From contig NZ_JBNAKN010000005.1 in the NCBI RefSeq assembly GCF_049723875.1, positions 15,112 to 39,111 of the forward strand: DNA of 24,000 nucleotides, written 5' to 3'. The notes beneath the pieces are model-generated. The model saw nothing but the letters and a program-made list of their open reading frames with translations. It was not told the origin of the DNA and ran no database searches. This DNA comes from Methanobacterium sp. (GTDB lineage Archaea; Methanobacteriota; Methanobacteria; Methanobacteriales; Methanobacteriaceae). Of this stretch, positions 1-8,996 are shown piece after piece. Numbering within the stretch: position 1 is the stretch's first letter; each line of letters opens with the position of its first letter. A program made the translations under genes and the position numbers.

Positions 1-1003
1 ATCTTGCATAAACAGATCTTGCAATATTAGGATCGTTAGTTCCTTTAATTATTGCTCTTCCATCTCGAAATACAGATATTTCATATTTTTCTGTCTTAAA
101 AAGCAAAATAAAATCGGCGCATTTAATGCTGCCTAAGTGTTCCAGGTTAGATGCAAGCTCTCTTAAATCCATATCTTTTGGATCTGCAGGAGTTATTTGA
201 ATTGCATTTCGACCGCAAAGAGAGGTAATAATTTCTCTATCTTCTGAGTTCAGATATTCATATTCTTCAAGGGAACAGCAGTTACATTCATCATTTTTTC
301 TGACGAGTATTTCATCCATTGAATGATTCCATGCATCATAAACTATAAGACGCCCATCCTGTTCATTTTCTGGCCTTGCTTCACCAAGAAGTATTCTTAT
401 AGCTTCTGTACTTGCCATCGATCCCATAATCACGGTTATGGTATTTAATACACCCATTGTATCACATGTTGGGAGCGAACCTGGTTTTGGAATATGTGGG
501 TAAAGACATCGAATACATGCAGCACCAGGTAAGATATTCATTGTCATTCCTGATGTTCCGATTGCACCAGTGTATATCCATGGAATTTCTTCTCGAACAC
601 ACACATCGTTTATGAGCATTCTTGTTAGGATGTTATCTGTCCCATCAAGAACTAAATCAACGTCTTTTATGATTTCTTCCACGTTAGTATGGTTTAAATC
701 TTTTACAATAGGTTCAACTTCAATAGCAGAGTTAATGAGTTTAAGTTTTTTGGTTGCAGCAACCGCTTTTGGTTCTCCAACATCAGTTTCATCAAATAAT
801 ACCTGTCTTTGTAAATTATTTAATTCAACAAAATCTCTATCTAAAATGGATATTTTACCAATTCCAGCACGTGCAAGATTATTTGCGGCGGCTGTTCCAA
901 GAGCTCCACATCCTACAATAAGAACATGGCTTTCTGAAAGTCTTTTTTGACCTTCTTCCCCAATGTTCTGTAATATTTCCTGTCGTGAGTATCTATTTTC
1001 CAT
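1..1003 (-). CDS. ThiF/MoeB/HesA-family E1-like adenylyltransferase (partial; 3' end runs off the left edge)
   Basis: My own minus-strand translation from the ATG at 1003..1001 reads MENRYSRQEILQNIGEEGQKRLSESHVLIVGCGALGTAAANNLARAGIGKISILDRDFVELNNLQRQ... and stays open to position 1. It has the RYSRQ motif, a GxGxxG Rossmann motif and a Cys cluster (CIRC...PTCD) typical of the family. A GGTGA sits 7 nt upstream of the ATG. It is missing from the ORF track because no stop lies inside the window; track ORF 570..950(+) is its antisense shadow. Confidence 0.8.
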   Translation of the reverse strand, partial: MENRYSRQEILQNIGEEGQKRLSESHVLIVGCGALGTAAANNLARAGIGKISILDRDFVELNNLQRQVLFDETDVGEPKAVAATKKLKLINSAIEVEPIVKDLNHTNVEEIIKDVDLVLDGTDNILTRMLINDVCVREEIPWIYTGAIGTSGMTMNILPGAACIRCLYPHIPKPGSLPTCDTMGVLNTITVIMGSMASTEAIRILLGEARPENEQDGRLIVYDAWNHSMDEILVRKNDECNCCSLEEYEYLNSEDREIITSLCGRNAIQITPADPKDMDLRELASNLEHLGSIKCADFILLFKTEKYEISVFRDGRAIIKGTNDPNIARSVYAR

Positions 1004-1145
1004 ATTTCAATCACCTGAAGTTTTGGGTCAATCCCTGTAAAAATTGAAAATATTTACGGTTGCGAAGCTCTGCTTCGTAAACATCAAAAATCTTCGATTT
1101 TTGATAGGATTGTCTGGAGTATCTATTTTCCATGTTATATTCACC
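981..1145. repeat. Hairpin array A1 flanked by an imperfect 35-nt direct repeat that duplicates the ThiF-like start codon region
   Basis: Direct repeats at 981..1015 and 1111..1145 match at 29/35 positions, with a 17-nt exact core gagtatctattttccat that includes the start codon. Between them are the stem-loops tgcgaagc-tct-gcttcgta (1061..1079) and atcaaaaatc-ttc-gatttttgat (1083..1105, 10-bp perfect stem). Confidence 0.85.
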
Positions 1146-1186
1146 AGATATGTAAGTTACTATATAAAATTTAATAAAAACAAAAA

Positions 1187-2527
1187 TTATGCAGTTATAG
1201 GATTCATATCTTCAATATTTACCCTTTTTCCAATAATTTGAGCCAACCGTTTAGCAAGCGCAGTCACTGTAAGTATTGGAGGCCTACCTGGAGCCTGTGG
1301 AATTACACTTGCATCTGCAATGAAAAGTCCTTTAATTTTAGTTTCAAGGTTGTTATCAACCACTTTACCAACTGCGGCTGTTCCACCAGGGTGAGCTCCC
1401 CTTATTGGTGTTGAAACTATTGATAAAGGATCCACACCCGCTTTAACGAGTACTTCAACACTTTTTTCATATCCTTCTTTTAAGAGCTCAAGATCTCTTT
1501 CAGTAAGAGGCTTTTCAATATATTTATTTGAATTAAGTTTTCCATTGGCTTCATCAGCTATTTTAACCATTATACCCATTACATCCTCAGGATTTGCATT
1601 GAATCCTTTCTCTTCTAAAAGAGGTATAATTTGAGTAGAGAAATGTGGAGATAAGAAATATGGGCCAAATTCAGCTTTAGTTCCCATTGGAATCTCTTTG
1701 TTAAGTTTTGCATCCTCTAAAAATCCCCCAACAGTTATAAAAAGATCACAGAATAATCCTTCACCAACATTTTCTTCAATTTCAGAATTTTTTAGAATAA
1801 CAGGAGTATTTAAAGCACCTGCAGCAATTATTACCTTTTTTGCCTCGAAAGCTTTTGTTTTATCTCCAAATAGGCCCTCAACTCCAGTAACTTTTCCATC
1901 ATCATGTGTGATTTTTGTAACTGTGAAATCTGAAATGAGTGTTGCTCCATTATCCATGGCTTCGTTTACAAATTGAGTTGAATCCCATTTTGCACCTTTT
2001 TTACAACCACCGATACACAGTCCACAACTGTTACACTTGGAAAAATCAATGAATTTAGGCATAGGCTCCATGAAATAGCCGAGACTTTCTCCAGCATCGA
2101 CTATTTTACGTGTTGCAGGTCCCATTAAATTAGCTGGAAATGGGTTAACTTTTAAATCTGCACTTGCATCTATAAGTTCCTTGAAGAGATCAAGGTCATG
2201 AATTTTAAATTGAGTTGTTGCAGAATTAGAATAACATGTACTACACGCATAACACGCGTTTGCAAGTGAAACGGGCGTTGTACCGCCTACATCTTCCAGA
2301 TACATTAATTCTGCAGGGTAATTAAGAAAATCATATTTAGCTAGGTCTTTATTAGATAAATCTGCCTTTAAATCTAGAGGAATATTTTTGAGATAATTTA
2401 CAGATGTGCCAGTTTTATGGCGTTTTCCTTTTTCCAAAATCAAGACTTTATAGTCTTTTTTTGAAAGTTCTCTCGCTACTGTGGCGCCCCCAGCACCAGT
2501 TCCTATTACTATTACGTCAAAAGTCAT
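1187..2527 (-). CDS. FAD-dependent GMC-family oxidoreductase
   Basis: The N-terminal dinucleotide-binding motif MTFDVIVIGTGAGGATVARELS and the C-terminal ADASVIPQAPGRPPILTVTALAKRLA resemble the GMC oxidoreductase C-domain. I place the start at the ATG at 2527 (MTFDVIV) rather than the track start at 2569. Confidence 0.7.
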   Translation of the reverse strand: MTFDVIVIGTGAGGATVARELSKKDYKVLILEKGKRHKTGTSVNYLKNIPLDLKADLSNKDLAKYDFLNYPAELMYLEDVGGTTPVSLANACYACSTCYSNSATTQFKIHDLDLFKELIDASADLKVNPFPANLMGPATRKIVDAGESLGYFMEPMPKFIDFSKCNSCGLCIGGCKKGAKWDSTQFVNEAMDNGATLISDFTVTKITHDDGKVTGVEGLFGDKTKAFEAKKVIIAAGALNTPVILKNSEIEENVGEGLFCDLFITVGGFLEDAKLNKEIPMGTKAEFGPYFLSPHFSTQIIPLLEEKGFNANPEDVMGIMVKIADEANGKLNSNKYIEKPLTERDLELLKEGYEKSVEVLVKAGVDPLSIVSTPIRGAHPGGTAAVGKVVDNNLETKIKGLFIADASVIPQAPGRPPILTVTALAKRLAQIIGKRVNIEDMNPITA

Positions 2528-2684
2528 AAAATTCACTTCAAAAATAATTTTAAAATATATTTGTAACAATTGTTATATAACAATCGTTATTTATAGTTTT
2601 TGTTTAAAAATTCAAGTGACCAGTAAATTGAAGTCCTTCGAAATTATAACTTATAATACTTACAAAATAAACCGAATTAAATAT

Positions 2685-3185
2685 ATGAAATGCTGTGAAA
2701 TTATGAATAAGACCATAATACTCGCTATTTTTTTAGTTATAGCATCAAACATTTCTACTGTTTCAGCATGGGACTGGATTACACATGATGAAATAGCAGA
2801 AAGTAACTACTATTCATTACCTGAAGATATGCAGCATAATTTAAACTTGGATCTAATAAAAAAAGGATCTATATCTCCAGATTTTATATTTCTTGATTTT
2901 AAATATCATAGTTACCCCAATAGTTATGGAAAAGCTATTTACTGGTTAAACAAAGGACAATCATACTATAAAAAAGGTGATTTTTATTATGCAAGTTATT
3001 GTTACGGTGTATCATCCCATTATATTACAGACAGCTTTTCAGCACCCCATGCTGCCGGTATGACTGGTGTCCAACATCTTATCTATGAGACAAAAGCCAG
3101 CTTTTTAAAGCCCGAAGTAGTAGATGTTACAGGAAGTTTAAATTCCACCATGTATAAGGGGGATTTAAACGGAACAAAAAACTGA
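2685..3185 (+). CDS. Secreted zinc-dependent hydrolase of the phospholipase C / S1-P1 nuclease superfamily
   Basis: A signal peptide (MNKTIILAIFLVIASNISTVSA) precedes a mature N-terminus WDWITH, matching the Trp1...His6 zinc ligands of nuclease P1. It also has HYITDSFSAPH (H-x3-D-x5-H) and QHLIYE (H-x3-E) ligand spacing. The start is the ATG at 2685 or 2703; the track start at 2481 lies in the divergent promoter region. Confidence 0.55.
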   Translation: MKCCEIMNKTIILAIFLVIASNISTVSAWDWITHDEIAESNYYSLPEDMQHNLNLDLIKKGSISPDFIFLDFKYHSYPNSYGKAIYWLNKGQSYYKKGDFYYASYCYGVSSHYITDSFSAPHAAGMTGVQHLIYETKASFLKPEVVDVTGSLNSTMYKGDLNGTKN

Positions 3186-3361
3186 AACATGTGGATTAAA
3201 AATAAAAATAATTCTTTGATCCAAAATAGTTTAGATCATGCTACAGGTACATCTTACAATGCAATATACATTTCTTTAAAAGATGCATATCCTATTAAGG
3301 AAAATAAATCAGATAATAATACCAGATTAAAGTTTTTAATGCCTTTCGATCCAATTTAATT

Positions 3362-4171
3362 TTATTTACTCTTTTTAATTATCTCCTTTAATTCATTTAT
3401 TTCAGATAACATTTCATGACGCATATTTTCCATTTGCGCCTTCATTTCAGCCAAATTTTTAGCATGTTCATCATTAGATTCTTTTTCCATCATAATAGAT
3501 GATAGTGAAGCCGTTAACAAGCTCATAAAGAATACTCCCGCAATCATTATAATAGCACCGACCATTCGGCCGCCTACAGAATCAGGGCTTATATCTCCAT
3601 AACCTACAGTAGTTATCGTAACTACAACATACCATAGAGCATCATCCCAACTGTTAACCTCTCCATTTGAACCATTTTCCAATAAGAAGAAAGAAATTGT
3701 CCCAGCTCCAAAAATAAATAAAAATATAACTGCACCATGGACCAAATTAGTTTTCTTTAAAAACTCAAGAATATTTTTTTGTCCCTTTCTAAGGAGTATT
3801 AAAACCCTAACAAGCCTTACCAGCCTTAAGAATCTTATAAAACCCAAATAATCTGCAGCAATTAATATCAAGAAATCTACAGGTATCATTGCAACTATGT
3901 CAATCCAATTTTTACGTATATACTGTAGCTTGTTTTCTTCATTCCGCATTTTAACTACAAATTCCAAAAACAGTACGATACAAACAAAAAGATCAAAATC
4001 AATTATCACACCAACTGTCTGGGGAGGTATGTTAATAAAGCTCATCAAGATAATTAAAAATAAGTCTGAAATTATTAAAATAATTATAAATGCCTCTAAA
4101 ATCTGTTTAATTTGATCATTAGGCATTATTGTTCCTAAATATTGTTTGAGTTTTTGATTCATCCTATCCAA
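3362..4171 (-). CDS. Voltage-gated potassium channel (six-TM Kv type)
   Basis: It has the K+ selectivity filter TVGYGD, an S4-like voltage sensor RFLRLVRLVRVLILLRKG (Arg at every third position), multiple TM segments and a C-terminal coiled-coil tail. Confidence 0.85.
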   Translation of the reverse strand: MDRMNQKLKQYLGTIMPNDQIKQILEAFIIILIISDLFLIILMSFINIPPQTVGVIIDFDLFVCIVLFLEFVVKMRNEENKLQYIRKNWIDIVAMIPVDFLILIAADYLGFIRFLRLVRLVRVLILLRKGQKNILEFLKKTNLVHGAVIFLFIFGAGTISFFLLENGSNGEVNSWDDALWYVVVTITTVGYGDISPDSVGGRMVGAIIMIAGVFFMSLLTASLSSIMMEKESNDEHAKNLAEMKAQMENMRHEMLSEINELKEIIKKSK

Positions 4172-4485
4172 TTAAGGATTTAATACATAGCAATTTAAAT
4201 ATTTCCATAATTATTTGGAATTCATTTTTATTTGATTTAAACTAATTTTTTGCATAAAATATTAAAATTTAGAATAAATCATGAAGATTTTCTCAATTAA
4301 TTTACACTTAAACTATTAAGATAGATTAATACATTAAATTGCATTTAATAAATATAATAAAAGTTCAAAGCTTATTATGGATGATAAAAACGAGTTAATA
4401 TAAAATAATGATATAAAATAGCAAAAAACTTTAATGAGTTAATGATTTTACAAATTTAAAATAGATTATTTTAAATAAAAATAGA

Positions 4486-5745
4486 TTATGCATCATCTTT
4501 AGTTCTGACTGCACATAAGCTTTGATTTTGCAAATCATGTTTTTTAGGCTTTTCTATAGTCTTGAAAATACTTTTTGCATTCTCAATTAAGTTTTTATCA
4601 TCATTTTCAGCGGCATTTTTGATATTTCTTATGATATCACAGAAAATTTTATCCACTACAACCTGCGTGAGGTCTTCCACTATTTTTTCCTTGCCTTCAA
4701 TGTCTCCAAGCATTCTAAATGCTTTTTCAGTTTCATGAGACCTTATTTTTTCTGCATTTCTTCTTATATCTGAAATAAGAGATTCAACTTCAAGACGTTT
4801 TAATGATTTTTTCAGAAGTAACAGTTCTTCTTCAATGATTTTTTCGGCATCTTTAGCTTCAGATTCCCTTAATTCCCTGTTTTTATCGGCGATTCCCCTT
4901 AAATCATCTATATTAAATAATTTAACCCCAAGTTTTTTGACATCTTCCTCGACGTCTCTTGGATTTGCAATATCCACCATTACAAGTTTTTCCAGTTTTT
5001 CTGGTGAAACAGCATTTTTTATTTTTTCACAAGTTAAAATAGGGTGGGGCGCTCCAGTAGCACTTATTATAACATCAGCATCACTCATAGCTTCATCTAA
5101 CTTGTCAAAATGTATTGCATATCCACCAAGTTCTTTTGCAAGGTCTACTGCACGGTCATGAGTTCTATTAGCTACAACTATCGCTTTAAGATGTTTTTGA
5201 ACCAATGCTTTTGCAACGAGAGTTCCCATTTTTCCAGCACCAATTACAAGGACTTTTTTACATTTTAAATCCCCATGTACTGACTCTGCAAGTTCTACTG
5301 CTGCAGAACCTATTGAAATAGATCCTTTGTTAATATTAGTCTTTTTTCGAACTACCTGACCCACATGAATAGCCTTTGTAAATATGGTATCTAAAAGCTC
5401 TCCAGCATACCCATCATTGAGATGTTTCTTTCGGGCATCTTTTATCTGTCCCAGTATCTGATCTTCACCTATTATCATAGATTCCAATCCGCAGGAAAGC
5501 CTTAAAAGGTGATTTAATGCATGATCATCGGTTTCAACTACAAAATCAAGGAAATCAATATTATCAATATAACAATCATTTAAAACTAAGTAAAGTTCAG
5601 CACGGTTACATGTTTTCATCTGGAGATACTCACGTACGCGGCATTCATCCTTGATTTTCTCAAAGATTTCACCCATCTGAGAAGTAGACTTCTCCATTGT
5701 ACATATATCCGCCGTATTATGGTCGATTCTGATATTTAGAATCAT
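4486..5745 (-). CDS. hemA: Glutamyl-tRNA reductase
   Basis: [12 protein letters not shown]..., the [10 protein letters not shown] active-site Cys region, the NADPH motif [10 protein letters not shown] and a C-terminal coiled-coil dimerisation domain are all typical. I place the start at the ATG at 5745, preceded by a GGGGG-containing RBS; the track start at 5793 adds 16 unlikely residues. Confidence 0.9.
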   Translation of the reverse strand: MILNIRIDHNTADICTMEKSTSQMGEIFEKIKDECRVREYLQMKTCNRAELYLVLNDCYIDNIDFLDFVVETDDHALNHLLRLSCGLESMIIGEDQILGQIKDARKKHLNDGYAGELLDTIFTKAIHVGQVVRKKTNINKGSISIGSAAVELAESVHGDLKCKKVLVIGAGKMGTLVAKALVQKHLKAIVVANRTHDRAVDLAKELGGYAIHFDKLDEAMSDADVIISATGAPHPILTCEKIKNAVSPEKLEKLVMVDIANPRDVEEDVKKLGVKLFNIDDLRGIADKNRELRESEAKDAEKIIEEELLLLKKSLKRLEVESLISDIRRNAEKIRSHETEKAFRMLGDIEGKEKIVEDLTQVVVDKIFCDIIRNIKNAAENDDKNLIENAKSIFKTIEKPKKHDLQNQSLCAVRTKDDA

Positions 5746-5815
5746 TTTACGCCCCCAACTAACATTTAAATTATTAAAACCACTGAAAATCAATGGAATT
5801 TTGCAAATTATAGCA

Positions 5816-6430
5816 TTAATTACTTAATTGCTGTTCTATATATTTTTTAGCATCTTCTAAATTTCCCTGCCTTAGATATTCCTGTATGTTTTTATCATTT
5901 AAAATTTTATATAAATAATCTCTACGTTTTTTTTGATCATTCATATTTTCTTTTAAAATGTTTCGTGTGAAATTCTGGAGTTCTAACTGTAAAACATCTT
6001 CTTCAAGTATCACTTTTTGTATTCTTTTTCTTAACTCTTTTGCCATAAGAGGGCTTTTTCCACCAGTAAATATACAAAATTGCACATCCCCTATAGAAAA
6101 AGAAGAAGGAATAATTAAATTACCTTCATCTGGCTGATCGGCCCGATTTAAAAGCTTTCCTTTGGCTAATTTTGCCACGCGCTCATTTAATTCATGATCT
6201 CCAGTAGATATTACCACAAGATCAGACCAATTAATCCATTTTTCAACTTCATCTAAAGGTTTGAAAGTAGCTCCAAGATCAATTAGATCATTTAAAATTT
6301 CTTTATTTATAATAGTAACATTGGCCCCTGATTCAAGGAATCTTCGGGCTCTTCGAGTTCCAACCTCTCCTGCACCAACAATTAAAACATTTTTGTTTTC
6401 CATTTGCAGGAAAAGAGGTGTCCAACCCAT
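5816..6430 (-). CDS. sirC: Precorrin-2 dehydrogenase / sirohydrochlorin ferrochelatase (CysG N-terminal-domain type)
   Basis: The N-terminus is typical of the family: [41 protein letters not shown]. It is about 200 aa and sits immediately upstream of hemA in the same orientation. Confidence 0.8.
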   Translation of the reverse strand: MGWTPLFLQMENKNVLIVGAGEVGTRRARRFLESGANVTIINKEILNDLIDLGATFKPLDEVEKWINWSDLVVISTGDHELNERVAKLAKGKLLNRADQPDEGNLIIPSSFSIGDVQFCIFTGGKSPLMAKELRKRIQKVILEEDVLQLELQNFTRNILKENMNDQKKRRDYLYKILNDKNIQEYLRQGNLEDAKKYIEQQLSN

Positions 6431-6706
6431 ATTTAGATCTCCGATTCATAATTGAAATTTAGTTGACTTAACCTTTTCCCTAAAAGATTAATATTGTCGA
6501 AAGTTATGGACTTTCTGACCTGAAAAATCAGTGATTTTTCAGGGGTTTTTTGATCAAGCCTTTTTTCTCTGAAAAAAGCCCTTGAAAATCTACGATTTTC
6601 GGGGCGCCAAAAATTCAAAGAATTTTTGAGCGGTTGATGCTGTAGAGATGTCCAACCCATATTTAGATCTCCAATTCATAATTAAAATTTAATTGGCTTA
6701 ACCTTT
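6414..6706. repeat. Hairpin array A2 flanked by a 63-nt direct repeat that duplicates the sirC start codon and leader
   Basis: Direct repeats 6414..6476 and 6644..6706 match at 58/63 positions, and all 5 mismatches are G/A transitions. Stem-loops lie between them: cctgaaaaatca-g-tgatttttcagg (6519..6543), cttttttc-tct-gaaaaaag (6560..6578), gaaaatc-tac-gattttc (6584..6600) and caaaaattc-aaa-gaatttttg (6608..6628). Confidence 0.9.
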
Positions 6707-6755
6707 AAGATTAGACCAATTTAGAGTAAAAATAAAATATATTTAAAGTCTTAAA

Positions 6756-7235
6756 TTATTTGCTTGATTCTAAACTTTTCATCTTCAAAATCTTTGCAGC
6801 CATCCTTAAATCGTTTCCACATTCTTGAAGAATGTTATTTGCTTCTTCTTCTGGAATATCAAAAGCATCAGCAAGTGCCTTAACTTCTTCCTGTGATGAT
6901 TCAGATACGCCTACAAGCTCTTCAGATAATTGTTTTTTAAGTTCCATATATTCATCAGAGCTCATGTTTATCCTTCTCATTACCATATCCCTTAAAGGAC
7001 ATGGTTTGGATGGTTTACAGCACCAGACAAGAGAACCAAAACAGGTTCCTTCTCCTTGACCTAATCTTGTTTTTTTACCAAATTCTTCTTTTTTTGCTAT
7101 ATAATCTTGAGAACTGAGATTTGCATCTTCAAGTGCATATATAATTGGGCAAGGTTTAACTGGCGGACAACAAAATGCCAACGCTCTTTTGTCCCCTCCC
7201 CTGCATACGTGTGATGGTGAATCTTCCCATACCAT
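6756..7235 (-). CDS. Small cysteine-rich protein with two CC-P-x-KPCP motifs and a UBA-like C-terminal helical domain (possibly a methanogen-specific marker protein)
   Basis: An internal duplication is visible: CRGG...[16 protein letters not shown] and [21 protein letters not shown]. The C-terminal [26 protein letters not shown] resembles the UBA domain of archaeal NAC/EF-Ts. It lies directly upstream of atwA. I cannot confirm a family name without a search. Confidence 0.6.
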   Translation of the reverse strand: MVWEDSPSHVCRGGDKRALAFCCPPVKPCPIIYALEDANLSSQDYIAKKEEFGKKTRLGQGEGTCFGSLVWCCKPSKPCPLRDMVMRRINMSSDEYMELKKQLSEELVGVSESSQEEVKALADAFDIPEEEANNILQECGNDLRMAAKILKMKSLESSK

Positions 7236-7322
7236 TATATTCCTCCATTATAAATCTAGTATTTTAACTGAAAATCTAATTTTCAGTAATTAAAAATAAT
7301 TTAAATCTGAAAAAAATAAAAT

Positions 7323-8918
7323 TTAGTCTTCAGTAAGCATTTCTTTCTTTTCAGTTGGAGTCAAATCTTCTACTATATCCTTTGGATCTCCTATTTTGAG
7401 GATTCTTCCCCCTCTCATAAGAGCAGCCCTATCACAGACATCGAGTACAAAGTCCATATCGTGGGATATTATAACAAAAGTTTGACTTAATTCATCTCTC
7501 GCCTTTATTATAGAATCTGTAACCTGGACTCTAGTTATCGGGTCCATAGTTCCAGTAGGTTCATCAAGAATGATTATGTTAGGTTCTTTTATTAAAACTT
7601 GCGCTAAAGCAACCCTGTGACGTTCACCGCCACTTAATTCATCAGGATATTTATCCAATAAGCTTGTAGCATATTGTTCATCGAATCCAACTACTTTGAG
7701 CGTGTATATTGCTTTCATTTTTGCAAATTCTGCAGGTAATTCTAAACTTATAGCTTCAGTTAAATTCCCTAAAACAGTCCTATGAGGGTAAAGACTGTAT
7801 TCTTGATGAAGAATACCCAAATAAGGTTTTATTCTTCCCCTCCCAAGAGGGCCTGATTGGGTCATGTCAATCCAGTCATCCCCCAGTTTTGCAGATATAT
7901 TACCCGAACTTGGCTCTGTTAATCCATAAAGTATCCTTGAAAGAGTTGTTTTACCTGCCCCACTTAAACCAACAATACCAAAAATTTCTCCTTCACCAAT
8001 AGTCAGACCTATACCATCTACAGCTTTAATTACTCCCCTTTCAATGGAGTAATAATGCTTTTTGACGTCTTCCATTTCGATGATTGGGCCGCCAGTTTCG
8101 AATTCTTCTTTCTTTTCAGGAAGTGGAACCTGTTCTAAAAATCTAGCTACGACCTCTTCAGGGTCACCTTCATCTACTATTTCTCCCCTTTCAAGCCAGA
8201 TTACATAATCAGAAAGTTTTCTCATAACTTCAGGCCAGTGAGAAGTTATAATCATTGTAGTGCCTTTTTCTTTTACACCTTCAAGCAAAGCGTGGTGTAA
8301 AAGTTCAGCAGTTTTTGGATCAAGTGTACCTGTAGGTTCATCTGCAAGAAATATCATAGGTTCCTTTGCTATTTGTCTTGCAAGCACTACCCTTTGTTTT
8401 TCCCCACCACTTAGATCTCTTGCAATATGAGTTATCCTGTGAGTCATCTGGGTCATTTCAAGGAGATCTATAGCCATATATGTACTTTCTTCCTCATCAT
8501 GACCATTAATGGATTTTAATACATTATCGATTACAGTATCATCTTCATAGAGGGCAAATGTCCTCTGTAACATTATTGAAATTCTTTTTCTAACTGCAGC
8601 AAATATTTTCCTATCGGTGTCCCACAGATCAACACGTTCTGCTTCAAATTCACCGCCGCAGGAACATTTCTGTCCGACTTTTGATGGAGGATCTACCATG
8701 TAACACTTTGAACATAATGCAATATTTAAGATAATTTTACCATTATCAGGTTTATATTCCTTCATTCCACGAAGCATGTTAATAAGAACTGATTTTCCAG
8801 CGCCGCTTCTACCTAAAATTCCCAATACGCTGCCTTCATTTATAGTTATACTCAAATTTTTTAAAATTTCTACGTCATTAAATGTTTTAGTGACGTTTTC
8901 TAATTCTATAAAAGACAT
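7323..8918 (-). CDS. atwA: Methyl-coenzyme M reductase system component A2 (tandem ABC ATPase)
   Basis: It has two ABC cassettes: Walker A GRSGAGKS and GLSGAGKT, signatures LSGGEKQR and LSGGERHR, and Walker [10 protein letters not shown] and [10 protein letters not shown] Cys4 insertion (CSKC...CSCGG) sits in cassette 1. It has no TM domain and is about 530 aa, as expected for component A2. Confidence 0.8.
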   Translation of the reverse strand: MSFIELENVTKTFNDVEILKNLSITINEGSVLGILGRSGAGKSVLINMLRGMKEYKPDNGKIILNIALCSKCYMVDPPSKVGQKCSCGGEFEAERVDLWDTDRKIFAAVRKRISIMLQRTFALYEDDTVIDNVLKSINGHDEEESTYMAIDLLEMTQMTHRITHIARDLSGGEKQRVVLARQIAKEPMIFLADEPTGTLDPKTAELLHHALLEGVKEKGTTMIITSHWPEVMRKLSDYVIWLERGEIVDEGDPEEVVARFLEQVPLPEKKEEFETGGPIIEMEDVKKHYYSIERGVIKAVDGIGLTIGEGEIFGIVGLSGAGKTTLSRILYGLTEPSSGNISAKLGDDWIDMTQSGPLGRGRIKPYLGILHQEYSLYPHRTVLGNLTEAISLELPAEFAKMKAIYTLKVVGFDEQYATSLLDKYPDELSGGERHRVALAQVLIKEPNIIILDEPTGTMDPITRVQVTDSIIKARDELSQTFVIISHDMDFVLDVCDRAALMRGGRILKIGDPKDIVEDLTPTEKKEMLTED

Positions 8919-8996
8919 GCAATCACCTTTGGATATAAGTTTAGAGTAAATATGTTATATATTTGATCGTAAATTTACTAATTAAAATTCAATGTT

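Noticed and set aside
570-950. Track ORF 570..950(+), and similar plus- or minus-strand ORFs nested inside longer genes: 1698..1976, 3897..4115, 4835..5161, 6261..6455, 6832..7059, 9824..10060, 10138..10326, 10342..10533, 10867..11106, 11924..12232, 12336..12521, 13004..13186, 15467..15679, 15950..16135, 16479..16751, 16998..17222, 17989..18195, 18723..18971, 19650..19877, 20062..20301, 20361..20633, 20506..20739, 20769..20957, 21582..21779, 21973..22188, 22456..22641.
   Set aside because: Each lies antisense to, or out of frame within, a longer ORF with clear family motifs. Their translations are low-complexity (Ser/Ile/Phe-rich), typical of shadow frames in AT-rich coding DNA.
1044-1241. 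Track ORF 1044..1241(+), 65 aa
   Set aside because: It spans hairpin array A1, the duplicated ThiF-like leader and the 3' end of the GMC oxidoreductase on the opposite strand. It has no RBS and no motif.
3183-3185. The in-frame TGA as selenocysteine
   Set aside because: No hairpin resembling an archaeal SECIS is evident in the short 3' region. The position is not a catalytic Cys-equivalent. From memory, the inferred lineage (Methanobacteriales-like) is not known to use Sec. A nonsense mutation is simpler.
4438-4450. The exact 13-mer GTTAATGATTTTA recurs at 4438..4450 and 11479..11491, with a near copy at 14644..14655, which I first took for a shared element terminus
   Set aside because: A rough estimate for a 24-kb window of this base composition predicts on the order of ten or more exact 13-mer coincidences by chance. 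The contexts (after the hemA stop, in the cofD leader, after array A4) are not consistent.
4172-4485. The 315-nt AT-rich gap between the Kv channel start and the hemA stop as a hidden RNA gene or mobile remnant
   Set aside because: I saw only short low-complexity direct repeats (aaatagattat twice), no stable extended structure, no tRNA-like features and no family hairpin modules. It is most simply promoter plus terminator DNA.
6433-6660. Track ORF 6433..6660(-) as a conventional protein-coding gene
   Set aside because: Its first six codons are a copy of the sirC start and the rest is read through palindromic hairpin modules. I treat it as a possible translated leader ORF (see findings), not as a protein family member.
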